Source: Candidatus Saccharimonadota bacterium (lineage in GTDB: Bacteria > Patescibacteriota > Saccharimonadia > Saccharimonadales > Saccharimonadaceae). From it: a DNA stretch of 32,000 nucleotides. Positions 7,448-15,611 of this stretch are shown here, in pieces (positions within the stretch are counted from its first letter, which is position 1; each line of letters begins with the position of its first letter). The notes beneath the pieces are model-generated. The model had not been told where the DNA came from. It did not search any database and was given only the letters and a program-made list of their open reading frames with translations. The stretch lies in contig CP075337.1 of assembly GCA_025349965.1 (NCBI GenBank), positions 180,001 through 212,000 of the forward strand, in the 5' to 3' direction. Position numbers and translations under genes: made by a program.

Positions 7448-8266
7448 ATGAAAGTTTTAAACGGCGCCGAATTGGCATTATTTATTAAAGAACGTCAGGC
7501 GAAGCAGGTTCGTGGGCTTCGACAGGCGTATGGCGTCTTTCCGAAGCTCGTTATTATCGTTGTCGGAGAGAATCCGGTCATTGACACCTTCGTGCGTCTA
7601 AAAGAGGCGTACGGCGCCGATATTCTTATTGATGTGGAAGTGCTTCGTATTTCGCAAGAGTCTATTTCTGAGACGCTTTCTAGGGCAAATGAAGACACGT
7701 CAGTTCATGGTATCGTTTTGCAACTTCCTCTGCCTGATCCATCCCAAACGGATGCGCTGGTTGCGCAGATCGCACCGGAAAAAGACGTTGATAGCCTTGG
7801 TGGCAGTGATGTACACGTTTCTGCGACCGCAATGGCGATTGACTGGCTTCTTAATGGATACAATGTCCAGCTTAAGGATCGTTCTATTGCGATTGTAGGA
7901 CGAGGACGGCTTGTTGGCGCACCGCTTGAAAGACTATGGAAAACAGCGGGACTTAGCGTGGATCTATACGATGATACTGTCCAGGATTTGGGCACCGAAC
8001 TGCGAAAAGCGGATATTATTGTCACTGCCACGGGTGTGCCAGGACTCATTACATCAGATATGATTGCACCCGGTAAAGTGGTGGTTGATGCTGGAACCGC
8101 CTCCGAGGGGGGTGTTATTGTCGGTGATCTCGCGCCGGATGTACGAGAGCGTACTGATCTTACTATTACGCCAATCAAGGGTGGTGTTGGCCCGCTTACA
8201 ATTGCAGCCCTATTTGATAATGTTATCGCGGCAGCACGCGCAACAGTGCCAAAAGAATTGCTTTAG
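7448..8266 (+). CDS. folD: bifunctional methylenetetrahydrofolate dehydrogenase / methenyltetrahydrofolate cyclohydrolase
   Basis: 272 aa with the motifs GIVLQLPLP, VGRGRLVGAPL and PIKGGVGPLTIA. Confidence 0.9.
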   Translation: MKVLNGAELALFIKERQAKQVRGLRQAYGVFPKLVIIVVGENPVIDTFVRLKEAYGADILIDVEVLRISQESISETLSRANEDTSVHGIVLQLPLPDPSQTDALVAQIAPEKDVDSLGGSDVHVSATAMAIDWLLNGYNVQLKDRSIAIVGRGRLVGAPLERLWKTAGLSVDLYDDTVQDLGTELRKADIIVTATGVPGLITSDMIAPGKVVVDAGTASEGGVIVGDLAPDVRERTDLTITPIKGGVGPLTIAALFDNVIAAARATVPKELL

Positions 8267-8634
8267 GCAGTCCCAAGCGCCTCTTTAACGCGCTGTACCA
8301 CTTGGCGCGGGGTGAACTCCGCCTTTACGATGTAGCTATGAATATCGAGTGACTTGAGTGATTTTGGCGCCTCTTCCGCGCCAAGATTCGTCAGGATGAT
8401 AACAGGAACGTCCTTACCCCATTCTTCTTTGCGAATCTTCTCGAGTACTTCATCGCCAGTCATTTCTGGCATCTGCAAGTCAAGAAGTATCATATCTGGT
8501 TGAAAGTCTTCAACAAGTGCGACGCCACGTTTGCCATTATCGGCTAACTTCACATCAAACCCATCAGCTTCAAATTTCATACGATACATCTGGCTGATTA
8601 CTGGGTCGTCTTCTATGATGGCGATTTTTGTCAT
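8263..8634 (-). CDS. single-domain response regulator (REC only)
   Basis: 123 aa with the DD pair (IIEDDP), the phospho-acceptor context MILLDLQMP, and a conserved T and K (ILTNL....K). No output domain is present. Confidence 0.85.
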   Translation of the reverse strand: MTKIAIIEDDPVISQMYRMKFEADGFDVKLADNGKRGVALVEDFQPDMILLDLQMPEMTGDEVLEKIRKEEWGKDVPVIILTNLGAEEAPKSLKSLDIHSYIVKAEFTPRQVVQRVKEALGTA

Positions 8635-8640
8635 GATACA

Positions 8641-8646
8641 ATTGTA
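8641..8646 (-). promoter_or_regulatory. -10-like hexamer 6 nt upstream of the response regulator ATG
   Basis: The minus strand reads TACAAT-tgtatc-ATG. There is no SD and no TG extension. Confidence 0.3.
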
Positions 8647-8672
8647 CTACAGAGGGAGAGTTCTGCATATGG

Positions 8673-8701
8673 TTGTATTTTTTGCAATTTTAAAGTATAA
8701 T
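8673..8701 (+). promoter_or_regulatory. sigma70-like promoter for the methyltransferase-kinase operon
   Basis: TTGTAT (8673-8678), 17 nt, then TATAAT (8696-8701). Confidence 0.45.
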
Positions 8702-8731
8702 ATGGACTTACTAACATCTTGGAATTAAAAA

Positions 8732-9964
8732 ATGTCTATAGCTGAACAGTATCCTACGGGCAATCTTGAAGATTCGTCCCACTCGGCACGCGAGCCGGAA
8801 AAAACCTCCACAAGAGAGTATGAACTTCATCATGTCGAAACCCACGATCCGTATATATCGGACGAAGTTACTTTTCGTCGCATTAATGATCAGCTCGAAA
8901 TCCTTGCGAACATGGGGCTCTACGGCGATTCTTCAATCGACATTGCTCGTAAGCGAAAGAAGATAGATAGAGAGAACCCTGCTACCGCAGCACTCATTAC
9001 TGAGCTCCCTTCTTTTAGCGATTGGCTTGATTTGGTGCCAACTGCAGCAGCACTCGACTCACTGTATGACCCACATAAGGCGACACTCGCCGACGGTAAG
9101 CCGCTTGACCCAAAACTTTCGGAATGGTTTTGCAATATTGTTGATGGTAGGGGTATTCGTAGCCGAGCGGAAGTTGTACGTGGAATTATGATGACAGAAA
9201 CGGCAGCCTTGGATAATCGAGCACAGTGGCTTAGCTTGGCGTCTGGTGCTGCTCAGCCAGTAATTAAGACCGCAAAGCTATTAACTGAGCAAGGCACTCT
9301 TACCCCAGCCGTGACACTCGTAGATGTCGATGCGAACTCGCTTAAATTAGCCAGGCAGTATGCCGACGAAGCTGGTATTGGTGACCATCTAAAGACGCGA
9401 AGAATGAACATTTTACAGCCTCGCGGAATTGATCGGGACGAGAGGTCTTATGACACGCTTGAATCAACAGGTGGTCGCCTGAGCGCAGCCGCTCTTTCAA
9501 TCCGAGGTCTCATGGGCATGGTGCGTGATGGCAATAAGCTACCAAGAAATTTTTACGATACAGTTGAGGTTGTGGGGTTGACCGAGTATCTTCTTGAGGG
9601 AAATTGGGGAAAAACAAAAGCTGAGAGGCAAAGGGGCAAAAACACACCCGAGCTTGAAGATGAAAAATATGTCTACGATCAAGTGATTGAAGAGAAAGAT
9701 AAGCCGTTTGCCGGCGCGCGAGATTTTCTGCAGAATGCATACAGGCTTGTGAAGCCGGGGGGATCGCTCATTGTCGGGAATATGCTTGATACACATCCGC
9801 AACTTGGATTCACGCTGAATGTTATTCAGTGGCCACACATTCAGCCGCGTTCGATTGATGAAATGATGGGTATTTTTGACAGGGCGGAGCTTGATGGTAA
9901 GACGGATGTTTACACGACACCGGATGGAGCGTATGCTATCTATAGGATAACAAAAGGGAGATAG
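8732..9964 (+). CDS. class I SAM-dependent methyltransferase-like protein with an N-terminal extension
   Basis: 410 aa. Rossmann-type blocks are WLSLASGAAQP (degenerate motif I), VTLVDVDANSLKLA (acidic end of beta2) and LVKPGGSLIVGN. The stop TAG at 9962-9964 abuts the kinase ATG at 9965. The function is inferred from motifs only. Confidence 0.55.
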   Translation: MSIAEQYPTGNLEDSSHSAREPEKTSTREYELHHVETHDPYISDEVTFRRINDQLEILANMGLYGDSSIDIARKRKKIDRENPATAALITELPSFSDWLDLVPTAAALDSLYDPHKATLADGKPLDPKLSEWFCNIVDGRGIRSRAEVVRGIMMTETAALDNRAQWLSLASGAAQPVIKTAKLLTEQGTLTPAVTLVDVDANSLKLARQYADEAGIGDHLKTRRMNILQPRGIDRDERSYDTLESTGGRLSAAALSIRGLMGMVRDGNKLPRNFYDTVEVVGLTEYLLEGNWGKTKAERQRGKNTPELEDEKYVYDQVIEEKDKPFAGARDFLQNAYRLVKPGGSLIVGNMLDTHPQLGFTLNVIQWPHIQPRSIDEMMGIFDRAELDGKTDVYTTPDGAYAIYRITKGR

Positions 9965-12115
9965 ATGGAGATATACGGACTGCTGGTGGTGAGTGTCCTG
10001 ACGATATCGCTGGGTGTGGCATCACTTTTTCAGCATACGCGTGACCATACTGTTCATTATTTTTTTGCAACTGTTCTAGGTACATCTTTATGGGCGCTTG
10101 GCATTGCACTCTTTCTTTCTACTTCAAGTATAGAGATCGCAACCTTTGCTGCATCTCTATACTATAGCGCCGCTGCACTCATCGCAGTTGCTACGGCGCT
10201 TATAGGTCTTTCGATTGGTAGGCGAAAGCCGGTCTCGCTGCGGACTGTTATTTCACTTTCAATCCCACCTATTGCGATTATTGCAACCCTATTCTTAGCC
10301 CCGAAGATTCTTTTTACAGAGGTTGTTTTATCGGATAATGGAGCGAATACAATCACGCTTGCTTCGTGGCCGTATATGATATATGGCATCTATTTTCTTT
10401 CCTATTTTAGTATCGGAGTGTATGGGATGTTCGCACAGATGCGACGTACTCGGAAAAAGCAGCAACTCTATGTACGCCTTCAATATATAACGTTCGCGTA
10501 CTTGATTTCGGGAATTATTGGCGCATGGTTTAATCTTATTCTTCCATGGACGGGCGACTATAACTATATATGGATAGGACCACTTGGCCTGCTTTTATTT
10601 GTCCCAATTGTCTACATCGCAATTGCTAAGTATGGGCTATTTGACGTTCGCTCCGCTGTACTTCGTGCCGCTACATACACACTTGCGTTAGCTGCGCTTG
10701 CGGGCGTGTATTACCTTCTTGCTTACGCAGTCTCGGTAGTGGTGTTTAGAGGTTCTGTGAGTAACGAGATGAGCATCAGTCCAATCAATGTGCTCCTTGC
10801 GCTTGTCCTTGCATTCCTCTTCCAGCCTTTTAAGCGATTCTTCGATAAGTTGACGAACAGTATATTTTATAGAAGCATGTACAGTACCGACGAGCTTTAT
10901 TCTCAGCTCAATACTCTCATTCGCTCAACCCCTCCGCTTCGTGCGCTTTTGCAAGGTTCGTCAGAGCTAATTAGCAAGGCACTGAAGGCCGAGTTTGTTA
11001 CCTTCTTTATTTATCGCGAGGATGGTCGACCAACTATGGTCGTAGGGAGCGAGGGTCATAAGAAGATTGCTCCTGCCGATGTACATATGTTTGATGATTT
11101 GAGGGAGCCGCTCTATATTGAGGATTCTCGAATGAGCTCTCCAATGTATAGACTTTTTGTGAGTCACAGGCTATCGATTGTGGTGCCGTTATATCACGCA
11201 GACCAGGTAGTGGGTGTTATGTGTTTGGGTGATCATCGAACGTCGCGTTATTCAAACAGGGATTTGCGCGTGCTGCGTGTAATAGCGGGCGAGCTCGTAG
11301 TTGGTATTCAGAATGCACTTGCAATTCAGGAGATTAAAAGTCTCAACGATAACCTTAAGCAGCGAATTGATGCAGCAACCAAAGAGTTACGCCGCAATAA
11401 TACGCAGTTGCGCCGCCTCGATAAGACCAAAGATGAATTCATCAGCATGGCAAGTCATCAACTCCGTACGCCGCTCACGAGCATCAAGGGCTATATTTCT
11501 ATGCTTATTGATGGTGATCTTGGTAAGGTGACGACCCAACAGCGTGAGGTGCTCGAGGAGGCCTTTTCAAGTAGTGAACGCATGGTGCACCTTATTGGAG
11601 ACTTCTTGAATGTTTCACGTTTACAGACGGGAAAGTTTGTCATTGAAAAGCGGACCACAGATTTCGCTACTCTCGTAGAGAGTGAAGTAAATGCACTTCG
11701 TCAGAGCGCTGAAAGTCGAGAGCTCGAGCTCCAGTATGCGAAGCCGAAAAACATCCCTACGCTTGAGCTTGACGCGGATAAATTCCGCCAGGTAATTATG
11801 AACTTTATTGATAACGCGTTGTATTACTCAAAGAGCGGCAGTGCTATTAAAATTACCCTAAAAAAGACGGCGGATGCGGTTGAGTTTAGAGTGAAGGATA
11901 CAGGTATTGGTGTACCAGAGTCTGAACAGGCGGGTCTTTTTGGTAAGTTTTTCCGCGCATCAAATGCGCGTCGTACGCGTCCGGACGGCACAGGTGTAGG
12001 TCTTTTTCTTGCTAAGAAGGTTGTAGCAGATCATCACGGTGAAATTATTTTTGAATCAAAAGAAGGAAAGGGAAGTACGTTTGGTTTTCGTCTCCCCCTT
12101 CCTAAAGCTGATTAA
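9965..12115 (+). CDS. membrane sensor histidine kinase (multi-TM N-terminus, GAF-like domain, HisKA, HATPase_c)
   Basis: 716 aa. About 7-8 hydrophobic segments lie in the first ~290 aa. Motifs are the H-box SHQLRTPLTSIKGY, N-box NFIDNALYYS, G1 DTGIGVPE and G2 GTGVGL. Confidence 0.85.
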   Translation: MEIYGLLVVSVLTISLGVASLFQHTRDHTVHYFFATVLGTSLWALGIALFLSTSSIEIATFAASLYYSAAALIAVATALIGLSIGRRKPVSLRTVISLSIPPIAIIATLFLAPKILFTEVVLSDNGANTITLASWPYMIYGIYFLSYFSIGVYGMFAQMRRTRKKQQLYVRLQYITFAYLISGIIGAWFNLILPWTGDYNYIWIGPLGLLLFVPIVYIAIAKYGLFDVRSAVLRAATYTLALAALAGVYYLLAYAVSVVVFRGSVSNEMSISPINVLLALVLAFLFQPFKRFFDKLTNSIFYRSMYSTDELYSQLNTLIRSTPPLRALLQGSSELISKALKAEFVTFFIYREDGRPTMVVGSEGHKKIAPADVHMFDDLREPLYIEDSRMSSPMYRLFVSHRLSIVVPLYHADQVVGVMCLGDHRTSRYSNRDLRVLRVIAGELVVGIQNALAIQEIKSLNDNLKQRIDAATKELRRNNTQLRRLDKTKDEFISMASHQLRTPLTSIKGYISMLIDGDLGKVTTQQREVLEEAFSSSERMVHLIGDFLNVSRLQTGKFVIEKRTTDFATLVESEVNALRQSAESRELELQYAKPKNIPTLELDADKFRQVIMNFIDNALYYSKSGSAIKITLKKTADAVEFRVKDTGIGVPESEQAGLFGKFFRASNARRTRPDGTGVGLFLAKKVVADHHGEIIFESKEGKGSTFGFRLPLPKAD

Positions 12116-12129
12116 TTGAAACGCACTTA

Positions 12130-12348
12130 TTAATTTGCAATACGTACAAGCTCAAAGATGAGCCATACGATAACCGCAATAACGAGAGTGGCAATTGCAA
12201 TAGGCTTTACAATTTTCTTTCGCTCAAACCACCATTGGCCAAATTTTGAACGATTGGCAGCGGTAATACGCGTTACGGTCGGGCGGGTTGTTGCGGCATC
12301 TACACCTTGATATACTTTAGTGCGCTTCTTCTTCTGTTTATTCGCCAT
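12130..12348 (-). CDS. small basic single-pass membrane protein
   Basis: I prefer the ATG at 12348 (MANKQKKKRTKVY..., 72 aa). The longer 107-aa ORF would read through the upstream gene's terminator hairpin at 12372-12393. An extended -10 box lies 6 nt upstream. Confidence 0.55.
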   Translation of the reverse strand: MANKQKKKRTKVYQGVDAATTRPTVTRITAANRSKFGQWWFERKKIVKPIAIATLVIAVIVWLIFELVRIAN

Positions 12349-12354
12349 ACCTCT

Positions 12355-12363
12355 AGTGTAGCA
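12355..12363 (-). promoter_or_regulatory. extended -10 box for the small membrane protein gene
   Basis: The minus strand reads TGcTACACT-agaggt-ATG, with 6 nt of spacing. Confidence 0.4.
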
Positions 12364-12393
12364 AACAAAAACCCCGCTCGGAAGTGAGCGGGG
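12363..12393 (-). terminator. rho-independent terminator of the LPXTG gene
   Basis: The minus strand reads CCCCGCTC-acttcc-GAGCGGGG followed by TTTTTGTTT. Confidence 0.7.
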
Positions 12394-12456
12394 TTTCTGG
12401 CTTGAAGCTTGAGGCGCTTCGAGGAGTCGGTTACGACGTCCGGGAGCGGTCAAACT

Positions 12457-14007
12457 CTAGAGGCCAAGTGCACGACGGCTTGCAACGTAGTATACGGTGC
12501 TTGCAATCATTGCGCCAAGACCAACGATAGCGGCAACATCACCTGCACCAGTTTGTGGAAGCTCACCTGGAGTCTCCGGAGTTACTGGTGGAACTTCCTT
12601 ACAGTCTTCAAGGTTCTTTGAGTGCTTCTTAGCATCAAAGGCAGCTTCCTTGATGGTAATGATCGTCTTGCTGTTAAGCTCACAGACAACGATTTCGCCT
12701 GGCTGCTTACAGTCTTCAAGGTTCTTTGAGTGCTTCTTAGCATCAAAGTCGGCTTCCTTGATTGTGATGATCTTCTTTGTTGTAAGGTCACAAACAGTGA
12801 TCTTCTTACAGTCAGCGAGGTTCTTTGAGTGCTTCTTAGCATCAAAGTCCTTTTCGTTGATTGTGATGATCTTGTTTGTCGCTAGTTCACAAACTTGAAT
12901 CTTTACTTCAGGAGGGCAGTCCTTTTCAACTGTTACAGTTGCCTGATCTTCCTTTTTGTAACCGCCAGTAGAAACGCTACCGGTGTTTGTAAGTGTATTT
13001 GTACCACACTTAAGGTCTTTCTTGTCAGCAACCTTGGCGCTGAGCTTTGCCCATGCATTTGCCTTTGGTGCGTAAGAGCCCACATTAACGCCAACACCGT
13101 TTGTAAGTGCTAGGTCGCTTGTTGGCTTAACCTTTGGGTTACTTGCGTTACCCCAGTTTGCAGAGTTTGCTACATAGGTAAGTCCTGTAGGGAGCTTATC
13201 ACGGAAAGTAACATCGTTCTGGTTTGTCTGTCCTACGTTCTGGTATGAAAGAAGGAAGTCGACAGTTTCACCTGGTTGCGCCTTGTAGTTCTTTTCCCAC
13301 TTATCAGCACCCTTCTTACTTACAAACTTTGTAAGGTTGAAGTCGCTTTGCTTTTCAAATTGTGGCTTTACCTTGAAGGTAACATAGCCAGCGTACTGGA
13401 AACATCCAGGAATTTTACCGTCAAGCTTGTTATACCCAAGCTTCGCACCAGCACTTGTGAAAATGCTTTCAGGAAGCGTAGTACCAGCAGCGCCAAAGGC
13501 GTTGTTTTCATACTTTAGGCTGTTCTTGATGTAGGCAAGGTTAAAGTTTTTGTCGCTATTAAAGTTTGCGTGGTCGTATACTTCAACAGGCTTTGCGTTA
13601 CTTGAGTTAACAAATCCTTGTACCTGAATTGACTTTGCAGTTGTTGTAGGAAGGTTAAACTTCGCAGTTACGTTTTCTGCAACGAGGTTGAGGTTAGCAG
13701 CGGCGTTATTGTGTACATACATACGCACAAAGTATTCCTTGCCTTCCTTAACGGTCATGTCGTCGTACCAAACGTTGCTTGAGCCAACTTCGCGGATGCC
13801 CACAAAGTTACGTTCGTCGCCAATGTTTGGATTGTTTGTGATTGAGTTGAATGTTACATATGTAGCAGGTTTCTCAATTGTGAATGTCGCACGGCTTGGG
13901 CCCCAAGCAAACACAGCTGCCGGAACAATAATTGCTGCAGCAATAATCGCTACGATTGCGCTGAAGCGTCGAGGTGCGCGACGGATGAGAGATGTGAGTG
14001 ATTTCAT
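12457..14007 (-). CDS. LPXTG-anchored cell-surface protein with three Cys-bracketed repeats
   Basis: The ORF is open to a TTG at 14049. The ATG at 14007 (MKSLTSLIRRAPRRFSAIVAIIAAAIIVPAAVFA) has a GGAGA SD. The C-terminus is LPQTG plus a hydrophobic stretch plus SRRALGL, the classic sortase sorting signal. Confidence 0.8.
   Translation of the reverse strand: MKSLTSLIRRAPRRFSAIVAIIAAAIIVPAAVFAWGPSRATFTIEKPATYVTFNSITNNPNIGDERNFVGIREVGSSNVWYDDMTVKEGKEYFVRMYVHNNAAANLNLVAENVTAKFNLPTTTAKSIQVQGFVNSSNAKPVEVYDHANFNSDKNFNLAYIKNSLKYENNAFGAAGTTLPESIFTSAGAKLGYNKLDGKIPGCFQYAGYVTFKVKPQFEKQSDFNLTKFVSKKGADKWEKNYKAQPGETVDFLLSYQNVGQTNQNDVTFRDKLPTGLTYVANSANWGNASNPKVKPTSDLALTNGVGVNVGSYAPKANAWAKLSAKVADKKDLKCGTNTLTNTGSVSTGGYKKEDQATVTVEKDCPPEVKIQVCELATNKIITINEKDFDAKKHSKNLADCKKITVCDLTTKKIITIKEADFDAKKHSKNLEDCKQPGEIVVCELNSKTIITIKEAAFDAKKHSKNLEDCKEVPPVTPETPGELPQTGAGDVAAIVGLGAMIASTVYYVASRRALGL
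12598..12897 (-). repeat. three tandem coding repeats (108-nt and 99-nt periods)
   Basis: cttacagtcttcaaggttctttgagtgcttcttagcatcaaag recurs at 12598, 12706 and, slightly diverged, 12805. Each unit encodes VC(E/D)L...K.IITI.E..FDAKKHSKNL.DCK. Confidence 0.8.
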
Positions 14008-14072
14008 ATCTTTTCTCCTTTTCTTGATTCGTCTCGCAGATAGAATCAAATTAATTTATTGCGTAAATAATA

Positions 14073-14088
14073 AGACATACATATGTCT
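14073..14088. promoter_or_regulatory. palindromic operator-like site upstream of the LPXTG gene
   Basis: AGACATA-ca-TATGTCT, with 7-bp arms, lies 66-81 nt upstream of the ATG at 14007. Confidence 0.25.
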
Positions 14089-14130
14089 AGTATATGAGCG
14101 GAAGTGATGTCGCCGAATTGTTAATTACGC

Positions 14131-14161
14131 AACAAATCAGATTATTACAATGTGCACGTCT
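14131..14161. repeat. left copy of an imperfect inverted repeat bracketing the high-GC gene
   Basis: AACAAATCAGATTATTACAatGTGCAcGTCT. Its partner is the reverse complement of 15730-15758. Confidence 0.75.
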
Positions 14162-14249
14162 GAGCCATTGGGCTCACAAAACTACTCTACGGCGAATTGT
14201 ATATACAACTCAAGCTGGAGTGGGTTTGGAACGGGAGAATAGGGGTAGG

Positions 14250-14288
14250 GTGAGTGGGTGATCTGCGAAAGGCAGACCACCCACTCAC
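14250..14288 (-). terminator. long GC-rich hairpin 9 nt after the stop of the high-GC gene (terminator candidate with no U-tract)
   Basis: GTGAGTGGGTG (14250-14260) pairs perfectly with CACCCACTCAC (14278-14288). An inner TCTGC/GCAGA stem has a gaaag loop. The sequence downstream on the minus strand is C/T-rich rather than a T-run. Confidence 0.5.
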
Positions 14289-14297
14289 GGTGGATAG

Positions 14298-15512
14298 TTA
14301 GCAGCTGACACCCGGCATCGGCACGCATCCGGTCTCCGGCGCCTTCGGCTCAGGAGCCTTGGGTTCGGGAGCCGGCGGCGGCGTCGGGTCGGGCTTGGCT
14401 GCGGGCGGCGGTGCCACGGGGGGTGGCGGGTTCTCGCGAGGAGTGCTCGGCGGCTGCGTCGGAGTCGTCGGAGCACCTGGGCCGGGATCGTTGTTCTGGC
14501 CACCACCATCAGGGGCATTGCCCTGCTGGTACGGATCCTGTGACGGGTCCTTCGGCTCGACAACCGGTCCACAGTCCACGGTGCAAGGAGGGGGTCCACA
14601 GTCCACCGTACAAGGCGGCGGGCCGCAGTTCTCCGTGCACTCGGGGTTGGGCTTCGGCGACTTCGGCGTTTCGGATGGCTTCGGCTTTTCGGGCTCAACG
14701 CAGTGGAAGAGCTCGATGCGCCGGTCCTCAGCGTTGAAGCCGATCTTGATCAGGCATTTGTCGTTCTTGTCCGTGAGGACGCGAACCCATGCCGGCTTCG
14801 ACTCCTGATCCTTTGCCTGCTGCACGGACGGAAGACCCTTGCTGGGGTCCCACGTACCGGGCTGCTCCCAGTTACGGACAGAGGTGAGCGAATGCTTTCC
14901 CTCATCGTTGAATCGAAGCAGTACCGTGTTTGCCCAAGAGGCGTACATCTGGTACTGCTCGGTCACGATCCGCTTCTGGACCTCGTCTTTGTCATTGACG
15001 AGGTTCTTGACGAAGGAGTTCAGGCCGTTTGCCTCGATGTCCTTCTGGACTTCGCTGATCCAACCCTTGTTGGATTCCGCTCCCGGGATGCTCTTGTCAT
15101 CCCAGAGTTGCATCTCCTTGAGGTTCATCTCCAGGAACGTGGGGTTGCCACAGTTCTCGGCGAGAATTTCCTTGGTGACTGCAACGTCGTCCTTTCCGGT
15201 AAACGGAATGGAGACGGCGGTGCCGAACTGACGCTTTTCAGCGTTGCCTGCCTTCACGGTGCGAAGCGAGTGATCGACGAACGTGTCCGTCGTGCACAGC
15301 GCCTCTTCCGGAATTGCGTCCTTCTTCGGGTTGAACTCCACGGTGTGAAGTCCCTTGCTGTCAGCGGCGAAAGCCGGCTGGGCAGTCAGGGGGTTTCCGA
15401 AGATGGCCATACCTCCGAAGACGGCACCAGCGACGAGCGCCAATGCCAATGGAATCGCCCAGAGGAGGCGGTTATTGCGCCGCCTCTTCTTGTTATCTGC
15501 TTCCAAGTTCAT
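14298..15512 (-). CDS. secreted hypothetical protein with a Pro-rich, Cys-containing C-terminal tail (high-GC, foreign composition)
   Basis: I prefer the ATG at 15512 because AAGGAG lies 7 nt upstream. That gives 404 aa beginning MNLEADNKKRRRNNRLLWAIPLALALVAGAVFGGMAIFGNPLTAQPAFA|AD. The chosen frame has strongly G/C-biased third positions. I recognise no protein family. Confidence 0.7.
   Translation of the reverse strand: MNLEADNKKRRRNNRLLWAIPLALALVAGAVFGGMAIFGNPLTAQPAFAADSKGLHTVEFNPKKDAIPEEALCTTDTFVDHSLRTVKAGNAEKRQFGTAVSIPFTGKDDVAVTKEILAENCGNPTFLEMNLKEMQLWDDKSIPGAESNKGWISEVQKDIEANGLNSFVKNLVNDKDEVQKRIVTEQYQMYASWANTVLLRFNDEGKHSLTSVRNWEQPGTWDPSKGLPSVQQAKDQESKPAWVRVLTDKNDKCLIKIGFNAEDRRIELFHCVEPEKPKPSETPKSPKPNPECTENCGPPPCTVDCGPPPCTVDCGPVVEPKDPSQDPYQQGNAPDGGGQNNDPGPGAPTTPTQPPSTPRENPPPPVAPPPAAKPDPTPPPAPEPKAPEPKAPETGCVPMPGVSC
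14566..14619 (-). repeat. 27-nt tandem duplication encoding CGPPPCTVD x2
   Basis: ggtccacagtccacggtgcaaggaggg (14566-14592) is followed by ggtccacagtccaccgtacaaggcggc (14593-14619). A degenerate third unit (CTENCGPPP) lies on the higher-coordinate side. Confidence 0.7.
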
Positions 15513-15611
15513 TTTCTTACTCCTTTCCCCCTCGGGGGTGTTTGGTGCGCGTCGGCGCATCTAATTGATATTTAATTAAATGCGTTTCCGCAGCTGCCCC
15601 CACGGGTTCGA

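Noticed and set aside
12349-12453. The N-terminal extension of the small membrane protein ORF (107-aa version starting at 12453).
   Set aside because: The extension would be translated through the rho-independent terminator of the upstream LPXTG gene (12363-12393). An extended -10 box lies right before the internal ATG at 12348.
12497-12898. A 133-aa plus-strand ORF and an 87-aa minus-strand ORF within the tandem repeat of the LPXTG gene. I also asked whether the regular repeats could be a CRISPR array.
   Set aside because: The repeats are contiguous (108/99-nt units with no unique spacers) and in frame within a protein that has a signal peptide and an LPQTG anchor. The extra ORFs are repeat artefacts.
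14285-15575. Long alternative-frame and antisense ORFs across the high-GC gene: 14285-14698 (-), 14359-14808 (+), 14411-14737 (+), 14703-15575 (+), 14839-15231 (+), 15355-15564 (+).
   Set aside because: High G+C depletes stop codons in all frames. Only the 14298-15512 minus frame has an SD, a signal peptide and G/C-biased third positions. The others translate to Arg/Gly/Pro/Ser-rich low-complexity sequence.
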